64,000 nt of DNA. Source: Patescibacteria group bacterium (GTDB lineage Bacteria; Patescibacteriota; Gracilibacteria; UBA4473). The DNA lies in NCBI GenBank assembly GCA_965660445.1, contig CBFIAK010000002.1, positions 1 to 64,000 of the forward strand, read 5' to 3'. The position numbers were made by a program, and so were the translations under genes. Shown piece by piece: positions 1 through 8,179 of this stretch; within the stretch, counting starts at the first letter, position 1; each line of letters opens with the position of its first letter. The notes below the pieces were generated by a model. It was not told where the DNA came from and made no database searches. It saw nothing but the letters and a program-made list of their open reading frames with translations.

Positions 1-3000
1 CATGCCATTGCTCGTAAATCCGGTGCTTCTCAAGAAGCAACTCAATGGGTTTTAGATTCTTTTTTAGGAAGTAAGAAAACAAGAAAACTGGACCAGAAAA
101 TGTTTGAGAAAAGTTTAAAAACGCCTGTAGAAAAGAAAGTGTCTGATGTGCCTGTGAGTGCAAAAGAGTCGCCTGTTCGACTCGATAATCTGCTCTCAAA
201 AGCGCCGAGATTGGGAAAAATTCCTGATAATCTAAAAACGGTATTTGGTGTTGTGTCAACAGATAATGAGGCTCAAGTATTCCAAAAAATGAAAAAAGGA
301 TTTGTTTCATTGGGAGTTGTTTTAGAAAAGGCAGATATAAATGAGGTATCAAGAGCGATTGAAACCTTTACTGATATGGTAGATGAGTTTCAGTTTGCTA
401 CGAATCGTATGTCTAAGTTTACAAGATTAGAGGAAGGAAATGCAGTGAAAAGAATTGACGATTTGCATGCACAGGTAGTTTTGTCTCCTGAAATGCAAAA
501 AATGTATGATGAAGGGGTTGGGGTATTGGATGAGTTTTTAGAAGTGTCTCAAGAACTATTAGTATCGGCAAGGAAGCATGGAGATGAAATATCTGTGCAA
601 AAAATAGAGAGTCTTGTTTCTTCGCTTCAACAAGAAAAGAAGCTCTTTCGTGTGGGGTTGGGAAATGTTGATTTAACAGACGATGCAAGAAAAGTTCGTG
701 TTCAAGAAGATGTTCGGGAAATATTTGGAATGGATTTATCGCCAAAACAATTAGATGCTTTTGTGGAAGCGCATAAAATGCCGGGTGAGTTTGGAAACCT
801 TACACAAGCACAAATAAAAATGAGAATTACTCATTTGCACGAAGCAGGGGTGTCAGATGATGTTATTCGATATGCTTTGGATGCAGGGTATTTGGGGTGG
901 GTGCAATCTTTGGGGAATGGTATGAAACGGGTGGGGAAGGGATTATGGAGAAATACACTTGGATTGATTACGAGAGGAAAAAATAAAGCAGTTGGAACGT
1001 TGAAAGAAGGTGCTACTGCTACAAAGACAAAACTTATGGATTGGCGTAAGGAAAAGAATTCAGGAGTTGCTCTCTCTGAGGTGCAAAAACGATCTCAATC
1101 GATTTTAGATAAAAATAGAAAAGCGTATGCTGATTTGCAAGAAACATTGGAGAATCTGCTTACGAGGGGCATGAATTTGCGTTATCGATTTGAGAGAGCT
1201 TCTGGTCAGCATTATGTTTCATCATTTGAAAATTTTGATAAGGTCTTAGATCATGATCCAAAAGGGTTGTTGGCTTCTGCGGATTTATTAATAAAGAGTT
1301 TGAAAAAAACAGTTCAGGGGTCTGTTATTGATTTAAAAGATTCTGGTCGTTTGGTTTCTGGGAAATTTGAGTATGATATGGATTCGGGGAAGTATATTTT
1401 TGATGATGATTTTGTAACAGCTTTTAAAAGACAAGGAGGAACAAAAGAGTCTTTAAATGTTTTAGCTCCTCTGTTGAAGGATATAAATCCTGAAACAGAT
1501 AAAGATTTAGTCGCAGATATTCTAGCATATGTACAATTAAAGTCATCGGCATCGTCAGGTGGGGTGACTAGTAATGCTTTTTCTTATAGAGATATTAATA
1601 CCCAGAGGAAAGCAATTATAAATAAATTAAAGGGAGAACCAGGGGCTATTGATGATATTCGTAAGGATGTGCGTTCTTATTTATCAATGAAACAAACGAA
1701 TCTTACAATAAGTCCAAGTGATATTACAGCAGCAGAGCTTGATTTAAAAGATAAAAAGAATGTTTGGGATTCGTATTTGAAAAGTTGGTTAAATGAGGGT
1801 GATGGAATGAATTTATCTCCAGATGAGTTGGCAAATTCAAGGAAAACATTAGAGCTTTCTAGTGAATATCAAGATTTTGTGAATGCGAATAGCAAACTCT
1901 TATCGCTTAAAAGAGATTATAATCGGATAACGTTTTCTCAAGGAGTGGATGGATTAGATGATCAAACACTTCTAATGCGTTTAACTGAGCGATTAACAAA
2001 AGATTCTGAGGCAGCTGTAGCCGCTGAGACGCGATTTTTGAAGGCATGGGATCGTGTATCAGAAGTTCAAGAAAGGCAAAAGAAAGGAAAGGGGAAACTT
2101 GTGGCAGGGGGTATTGTTTTGACTGCTTTAGTTGGAGGAGGTGTTTATTTTCGTGAAGAATTAGAATCGGCTTTTGGTGTTGGTGTTTCTGTCGCAGAAA
2201 CTACGAAAGAGGCGGCGGAAGCTTTAGCAGAGCGCATTCAGATTGTATGGAATGGGAAGGGGGTTGTCTGGGAAAAAGATCTTAATGGTAATAAGAGGTT
2301 GCTTATTGATCCAAATTTGCAAGAAACTAGATGGGCTGTGTTAGCGGGGGAGATTGCGAGTGGATATACTATTACGTCTATCGATGATCTTATTGAGAAA
2401 AAGGAATTAGGGAAAATGGTTCAGCATACAGTGCAATCACTGACGCCATTGCAATTTGCAAATATGAAGGTACCAGAGTCAGTTTCTTTCCTTGGGAAGG
2501 CGTGGGATAATGCCACAAATGGTATGGATAAAAGTGTTTTTATTCAGGGTCTTAAAGCGGAAAATATACAATATTTTGTAGACAAATTGATTTATAAGAA
2601 GGAGGGAATTAAAAAAGACGGAACTCCGTATACGAGTTTTCAGGATAAACCTGATGCTGGATATGCCGAAGTTTCTGCATTTCAGCCTTGGATGGTTCAG
2701 TATATTCAAAAAGATGTTGTAAATGATATTGCCCAAAAAAATCAGAAACTCTTTTTTCAGCTCTTTGATCTGATTCGATCAGGAGAGCGAAATGTCTCAA
2801 AAGGAGGTATTCAAGTAGAAAATGAAAAGTTCTCGCCAACACAGAATGAGTTCGTATCTCATTTGAATGAAAAATCAATTCAATCATTAATGCAATCAGG
2901 AAATCTTGATAAACTAGAATCGTTTATTGTGTCGATTGATTTATCGGATTTTTCTGTGAATGAACTAAAACATTTATCGCTTAAACAATGGGTTGCTTTA

Positions 3001-4032
3001 AAAGAAGCTTCTCAGCGAAGTTTGGATCCAAAAGCTTTTATGGATACGCTTGAGTATCATTTGTCTTATCCAGGGGATGAGGATCATATGAAGATTGCAA
3101 AGACTTTACTTGCTATTGTATATGGTGATGATGTTGTGAATTCAGGAATCGGGTATACAGATAGGACGGATAAGAGTTTCTTGGAAAACCTATCAAATAA
3201 AGTGTATTCTGCATTTGAAAAGACAAAAGATGGAGTTGTAGATGCGTCGGTTGGTGTGGGTGAGTGGACGGCTGACCAATATAACGCTATTCGGTATTGG
3301 ATAAAAGATAAAGAGGAGATGATAGTTGTAATGGAGGATTTAAATAAAGATTTTAATAAAAAGGAATCGTATGAGGTTCGAGACTTAGAGCGCTATGTTT
3401 TAGCTCTTGATTATTTGGAAAGTAAAGGAGGGACAATCTTTTTGCCTGATAGTTTTGATGTTGTAAAACTAGCGAATGGAGTAAAGATGGGTGATTTGGA
3501 GTCGAAAGATATTTCTTATTTTTATGAAGATAATGGAGTGTTAAAACGAAAACCACTTTCTGAATTAAAAGGTGAGGGTTTTTGGGGTGCTTTAGTGGGG
3601 ATGGATATCAAAGGTTTCTTAGAAAACCAAGAAGGTCTTCTTGAAAAGCTGAAAGGTAAAAATGAAGAATCGAAAGATGAGGAAACCAAAAACTCTGAAA
3701 AAGAAACAACACCGGAGAAAAGAGAACTATCAAAGGAGGAAAAAGAGAAACTTATATCTCAGGCAATTGATGGGATGAATCTTTTGCGTGGTATTGATCC
3801 GCTTTCAAGAAAACATATTGAATCATATCAAAAGCTTTTAGACTCCGTTCGGAAAAATGGTGGGGATATTGCCGATATTCCGTTTCTCATTGGAAAGCGT
3901 GGAGGGCAATATATTATCATTGATAATAATATAAATGATGCCTTGTATCAAGGCTTTCGAAAAGGTGTTTTTAAGGGGAAAGATATTACTTTACCGCTTT
4001 TATATTCTTATGTTTCAAATATTGATGAATAG
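1..4032 (+). CDS. Very large orphan protein (>1340 aa, 5'-truncated by window edge), helical, one central TM segment
   Basis: Frame is open from base 1 (HAIARKSGASQEATQWV...) through the ATG at 100, so the true start lies upstream; hydrophobic LVAGGIVLTALVGGGVYF at ~2098-2151; no recognisable catalytic motif. Confidence 0.8.
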   Translation, partial: HAIARKSGASQEATQWVLDSFLGSKKTRKLDQKMFEKSLKTPVEKKVSDVPVSAKESPVRLDNLLSKAPRLGKIPDNLKTVFGVVSTDNEAQVFQKMKKGFVSLGVVLEKADINEVSRAIETFTDMVDEFQFATNRMSKFTRLEEGNAVKRIDDLHAQVVLSPEMQKMYDEGVGVLDEFLEVSQELLVSARKHGDEISVQKIESLVSSLQQEKKLFRVGLGNVDLTDDARKVRVQEDVREIFGMDLSPKQLDAFVEAHKMPGEFGNLTQAQIKMRITHLHEAGVSDDVIRYALDAGYLGWVQSLGNGMKRVGKGLWRNTLGLITRGKNKAVGTLKEGATATKTKLMDWRKEKNSGVALSEVQKRSQSILDKNRKAYADLQETLENLLTRGMNLRYRFERASGQHYVSSFENFDKVLDHDPKGLLASADLLIKSLKKTVQGSVIDLKDSGRLVSGKFEYDMDSGKYIFDDDFVTAFKRQGGTKESLNVLAPLLKDINPETDKDLVADILAYVQLKSSASSGGVTSNAFSYRDINTQRKAIINKLKGEPGAIDDIRKDVRSYLSMKQTNLTISPSDITAAELDLKDKKNVWDSYLKSWLNEGDGMNLSPDELANSRKTLELSSEYQDFVNANSKLLSLKRDYNRITFSQGVDGLDDQTLLMRLTERLTKDSEAAVAAETRFLKAWDRVSEVQERQKKGKGKLVAGGIVLTALVGGGVYFREELESAFGVGVSVAETTKEAAEALAERIQIVWNGKGVVWEKDLNGNKRLLIDPNLQETRWAVLAGEIASGYTITSIDDLIEKKELGKMVQHTVQSLTPLQFANMKVPESVSFLGKAWDNATNGMDKSVFIQGLKAENIQYFVDKLIYKKEGIKKDGTPYTSFQDKPDAGYAEVSAFQPWMVQYIQKDVVNDIAQKNQKLFFQLFDLIRSGERNVSKGGIQVENEKFSPTQNEFVSHLNEKSIQSLMQSGNLDKLESFIVSIDLSDFSVNELKHLSLKQWVALKEASQRSLDPKAFMDTLEYHLSYPGDEDHMKIAKTLLAIVYGDDVVNSGIGYTDRTDKSFLENLSNKVYSAFEKTKDGVVDASVGVGEWTADQYNAIRYWIKDKEEMIVVMEDLNKDFNKKESYEVRDLERYVLALDYLESKGGTIFLPDSFDVVKLANGVKMGDLESKDISYFYEDNGVLKRKPLSELKGEGFWGALVGMDIKGFLENQEGLLEKLKGKNEESKDEETKNSEKETTPEKRELSKEEKEKLISQAIDGMNLLRGIDPLSRKHIESYQKLLDSVRKNGGDIADIPFLIGKRGGQYIIIDNNINDALYQGFRKGVFKGKDITLPLLYSYVSNIDE

Positions 4033-4058
4033 GTTGAGCTTTGTCTTTTAAAAAAAAC

Positions 4059-4088
4059 TTGCCAACCAAACTTCCTTTTCTCTATACT
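4059..4088 (+). promoter_or_regulatory. sigma70-type promoter of the 4134 gene
   Basis: TTGCCA ... TATACT with ~18 nt spacing, 45 nt upstream of the ATG. Confidence 0.6.
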
Positions 4089-4133
4089 AGGTATGTATTA
4101 CTAATTTTTGATTCTTAAATCATTAAAAAACTC

Positions 4134-6518
4134 ATGAAATTCTTCTCGTCTATCGTTTCCAAATCATCTCCTTCTCGTTTTTTGTATAATGTAGAGCAGT
4201 ATAATGCTGCAAGAGAAGAACTCGGAGATGTTATTGCTTCTATTCGTGAGGAGCTTGAACAAAACAAACTTGAAACTGTCGATGTAAAAGCAGGGTACAC
4301 TCTGTCTGAATCAGTAGCAGCTCTGGCGAATAAATCAGTAGGAGAGGCTTTAAATATGCCTTTGCGATATGAGAGTATTCGAAAAAGTGTGTATGGGCCT
4401 TCTGTGCCTGATCAGGTGCGAGGAGCTGCTTGGATTTATCCAGGACAGGTTGTGAGTATTGAAGACGGAGTTGTTGTTGTGCGGGATAAGAGTGCGAATT
4501 TACAGAAAGTTTCTGCAGAGTTGGCAAGTGTGGAGGATCCTTCAAAGGGATGGGACGAGCCGAAAGATCTTTCGGAAGGATGGGATCTTCCTGAAAATGT
4601 TGATGGGTTTTTAGGATCAGTATGGGATACGGTGGGTAATGGAGAAACGTGGTCAAATTTAGGAGAAGGAACTTTGAATGTATTGAAAAAAATTGGAGGG
4701 GGGCTTGAAGATGTTTTTGATGGAACTGCTTACGAAGGACTTAAAAATCATTTGAATAAAGCAGGAGATTTAACAATGGTTGATATTTTGAAAGGGGTAA
4801 AAGATGGAACTTTGTATGTTGCTAGAAAAGGTGGAGAAGTCGTTATTTGGACAGGGGGAAAAGTTGGTGAAGGGGTGAAGTATGTACTTAGTGGTGATGA
4901 AGCTGAAAAATTTGAACAGAAAAAAGAAGCGGTTGAGAAAGGATTTATTGAAGGTGTTCGAGATGGAACGGTTGATCTTTATGAAAATGGGGAAAAGAAA
5001 GCCGTTGATGTGATGAATTGGTTTTCTGATACGTATGATGAGTATTTGGGTGCAGAATCAAAAGATGTGCGTGCAACACTGAAAGATTATATTGCCGGAA
5101 AAGAAGTGAATCCTGCTGATTTAATGCATAAAATTACAAATGTAAAAACACTCGATGAAAACTTGATGCAGGCACTGCAAGTTGAGAAGGTTCGTCAATT
5201 TTTTACAGGAAAAGATATTGTATTTGCTCATCTTGAGTCGGTTGATGCAGGGGCGTACCGATTGATGGAAAACTGGAACGCGAAAAGTTTAACGTTTGAA
5301 AAGTTGGAGGATTTGAATCTTCCGAAAAACGGGAAAGGTGAAATTGATGTTGATATTGAAGACTGGTCGTTTGGAAATTTGAGTTTTAAAAAAGTAAAAA
5401 GTCTGAATGAAACTGAAGCTCGGTGGTTGTCTCGTTTTGATGGTGTTGTGTACTTACCTTCATTAAATGAAGATACAAATAAGAATATCATTGATGCTCT
5501 TGACGGAGGGAAAGCAACGATAAGATTTAATGATTCAATTAACGGAAAACGGCTGGATTGGAACGCCGAGTCAATTATTGATAATACGACACGATATTAT
5601 GCAGAAAAAGATATTTTGGATTCTGGTGATTGGGGGAAAATGTCTGCTTTGGAATCACTTTCTACTGCGAAATATGGAGGTATGCCCGAAGGGTATTCTG
5701 AAACAGGGTTTGTAAATGCGTTGTGGGGAGAAGTGAGTCGTGCTGATGGGGCATTGGATGCCATTGATCTTTCTGGTTTGAAAGAAGGTGGTGTTTCGGC
5801 AGAACAAATGAGTATTCTTTCGCGTATTCCAGTTGATGTGAAGCTGAGTGGAGGACTTAAAAAACAATTAAATGATGCTCGTAATAATATTTTAATTCAA
5901 GGATTTGAAAGTGGGAATATGGAAATGAGAGGAATCGCTCTTGCTTTGGCTCCTTTGAAATCTATTAAATTTTCACCTGAGGCAAAAGATGCCATTCGAA
6001 ATTATGTATTTATGTGTTGTATGGAAACTCGACTCGATTGGGAAGACCAAACAGCTGCTTTGGTTGAGTCTTATAAAGAAGTATTTGGAAACGAAGGTGA
6101 TGCGATACGAGAGAGAGTGAGTGGGCGAGTGGAAAATGTTGAGTTTTTATCAATTTCTTTAGATCGAAGTCTTTTGGAATCATATATAGAGCAATTGAAA
6201 AATAGTGATTCTCTTGATGATGCTCAAAAACAAGTTTTAATCAACTATTTCGAAGAAACGATGAATCTGCCAGATGTTGTAAATGGTATTGATCCGAATG
6301 CTTGGAAAGGGGTGTTGTATCATATGTATGTTTCAAAAGATGTTTCGGCAGCTATTCCAGATTCTCAAGAATTGATTCAAGAATTCTTGGCTGGGCATGG
6401 TTCGGAGATAACTCCTGAGCAAGTATCATACTTACAATCGTTTGTTGGGGAAAATGCAGATGATATGATGACATTTGATCCAACAGTATGGCTTGTGATT
6501 TTCGATAAGATGTATTAA
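4134..6518 (+). CDS. Orphan protein with N-terminal RFLY motif, LysM-like segment and degenerate LRR-like repeats
   Basis: 794 aa; TVDVKAGYTLSE...WIYPGQVVSI resembles LysM ends; LSFKKVKSLNETEARWLSRFDGVVYLPSL and IDLSGLK resemble LRR-type repeats; no hydrophobic signal peptide. Confidence 0.7.
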   Translation: MKFFSSIVSKSSPSRFLYNVEQYNAAREELGDVIASIREELEQNKLETVDVKAGYTLSESVAALANKSVGEALNMPLRYESIRKSVYGPSVPDQVRGAAWIYPGQVVSIEDGVVVVRDKSANLQKVSAELASVEDPSKGWDEPKDLSEGWDLPENVDGFLGSVWDTVGNGETWSNLGEGTLNVLKKIGGGLEDVFDGTAYEGLKNHLNKAGDLTMVDILKGVKDGTLYVARKGGEVVIWTGGKVGEGVKYVLSGDEAEKFEQKKEAVEKGFIEGVRDGTVDLYENGEKKAVDVMNWFSDTYDEYLGAESKDVRATLKDYIAGKEVNPADLMHKITNVKTLDENLMQALQVEKVRQFFTGKDIVFAHLESVDAGAYRLMENWNAKSLTFEKLEDLNLPKNGKGEIDVDIEDWSFGNLSFKKVKSLNETEARWLSRFDGVVYLPSLNEDTNKNIIDALDGGKATIRFNDSINGKRLDWNAESIIDNTTRYYAEKDILDSGDWGKMSALESLSTAKYGGMPEGYSETGFVNALWGEVSRADGALDAIDLSGLKEGGVSAEQMSILSRIPVDVKLSGGLKKQLNDARNNILIQGFESGNMEMRGIALALAPLKSIKFSPEAKDAIRNYVFMCCMETRLDWEDQTAALVESYKEVFGNEGDAIRERVSGRVENVEFLSISLDRSLLESYIEQLKNSDSLDDAQKQVLINYFEETMNLPDVVNGIDPNAWKGVLYHMYVSKDVSAAIPDSQELIQEFLAGHGSEITPEQVSYLQSFVGENADDMMTFDPTVWLVIFDKMY

Positions 6519-6540
6519 TTTGTTTATTTAAGAAAAAGGA

Positions 6541-6577
6541 AAAAAGCACTTTCTTGAAGGAGAAAGTGCTTTTTTTT
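6541..6577 (+). terminator. Rho-independent terminator
   Basis: AAAAAGCACTTTCT-TGAAGG-AGAAAGTGCTTTTTTTTT. Confidence 0.85.
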
Positions 6578-6702
6578 ATTGTTTTGTAATATTTTTGTAA
6601 TTATTTCAAGCGCAATTGTGTTATTTGTTTTGAAAATACTTGCCAATATCTAGTGATGTACGTTACAATTTTATTGATACAATTTTTTATTCTTTCGATA
6701 TT

Positions 6703-8085
6703 ATGAAAACACTGCAAAATTCGGTTCTTAATTGGTCTTCTTCTGAAGTTGGAGCTCGGTTTGTTTTTCAACAATCAAGACCTTCTGCTACTCCAGGAGG
6801 GACTGCTGAAAAGGCAACGCTTGGTGATGCATGGGGAATGAATTATGAAATGATTTCTCGAGATTTTAAAAAAATGGGAGTAGAGGCTGAATCTATGTGG
6901 GATGAAGGGTATGATAAAGTAACGAATAGTCTTTCTGATTTTTGGGATTCGGCTGTTGAGGCGGGTGTTGAGTTCTCGAATAGTGAGTTAGAACAGAATA
7001 ATATTCGAGCGGCTATTCTTTTGGGTGATTATTCTCGTGTTTCGGAACTGAAAACATTGGGTGGTGAATATGCGAAATATTTTGATATTTCTATTGATAA
7101 AAATGAGTACCATTCAAAAGTCGGTGATGATATTCGAGCAAAAGCACCATTTTTGAATTCGAAATATGATCAGATTATTATGGAAACTTTGGTGAATAAT
7201 GCGGGGATAGAAAAAGATGGTTGGCGTACGCAGATGACAAAGATGCCTCTCAATAAAATTCAAACAATGTCTATAGATGCCGCTCGTTCTCTTTTGAATT
7301 TCAATGGGAGTGTTGTGGAATTGCAGTCTTTGGATCAAAATATTGTTGATCCAGCGGTGATTGATGTGTTTGCACGATGTGAGCAAAAAGGAATTACTAT
7401 TGTGTTGGGAGCGGATCAAGCATTACTTCGAAAGTTAATTGATAATCAAAAACAAGCTTTAGCAAATACGGTTTCAAGTGTGCCACAGCATACTATTATT
7501 GAACAAATTAGCAATGGGTATCTTGGAAATGTTCATCAACTTGACTCAGCTTCTTTGACGTATGAAGTCGCTAAGAATATTGAAAAATATGAAGATCGAT
7601 TGAAAGGAAAATTAGATCTTTCAGGTGTTGAATCTATTTCGGATCCGCGGGTAGCTGCAGAGTTGGCAGATGTTGATGTTAAAATTATGTTATTAGGTGT
7701 TCGTGATTTTCAGAGCCCAGAAATTGCTAGAGAGTTGGGTGATGCGAGTGCTGATCGAATTAATATGCCGAATTTAAAAGCAAAAGGTACAAATCCAGAA
7801 GCGATGCGAGCATTGCTTGAATATGAAGGAACTTTAATTCTTCCAAAGATGTCACGATCTGATGTGTGGGCAGATGGAACGAAGTTTGTTTCATTGATGC
7901 AAAACGCAGAATCGTTTGTAGAGGATAAAGATTTTTTCCAAACAAATCTTGGTGATCCAAATGCAATAGTGCCGAAAACGACAAATTCTTCAAATACTAA
8001 TACTCAAGGTTCAGGAAAAAAATCGTCTCCATTCGGAGGGGGTGGGAATAATAATTCTTCAGGAAAAAAGAAGAGCCCATTCTAA
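6703..8085 (+). CDS. Orphan protein with N-terminal RFVF motif and LRR-like repeats
   Basis: ATG at 6703 follows promoter TTGCCA(6640)-N18-TACAAT(6664); repeats such as LDLSGVESISDPRVAAELADVDV / IMLLGVRDFQSPEIARELGD / INMPNLKAKGTNPEAMRALLEYEG; low-complexity tail with SGKK(S/K)SPF twice. Confidence 0.7.
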   Translation: MKTLQNSVLNWSSSEVGARFVFQQSRPSATPGGTAEKATLGDAWGMNYEMISRDFKKMGVEAESMWDEGYDKVTNSLSDFWDSAVEAGVEFSNSELEQNNIRAAILLGDYSRVSELKTLGGEYAKYFDISIDKNEYHSKVGDDIRAKAPFLNSKYDQIIMETLVNNAGIEKDGWRTQMTKMPLNKIQTMSIDAARSLLNFNGSVVELQSLDQNIVDPAVIDVFARCEQKGITIVLGADQALLRKLIDNQKQALANTVSSVPQHTIIEQISNGYLGNVHQLDSASLTYEVAKNIEKYEDRLKGKLDLSGVESISDPRVAAELADVDVKIMLLGVRDFQSPEIARELGDASADRINMPNLKAKGTNPEAMRALLEYEGTLILPKMSRSDVWADGTKFVSLMQNAESFVEDKDFFQTNLGDPNAIVPKTTNSSNTNTQGSGKKSSPFGGGGNNNSSGKKKSPF

Positions 8086-8109
8086 ACGAGAAGAAATTAT
8101 AAAAATTAT

Positions 8110-8140
8110 GAAAAAACTAGTACTTGTACTGGTTTTTTTT
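8110..8140 (+). terminator. Rho-independent terminator
   Basis: AAAAAACTAGTAC-TT-GTACTGGTTTTTTTT. Confidence 0.65.
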
Positions 8141-8179
8141 GTTTTTTTGTGGTATAATGGAAAGATTTTATTTCTCTAA

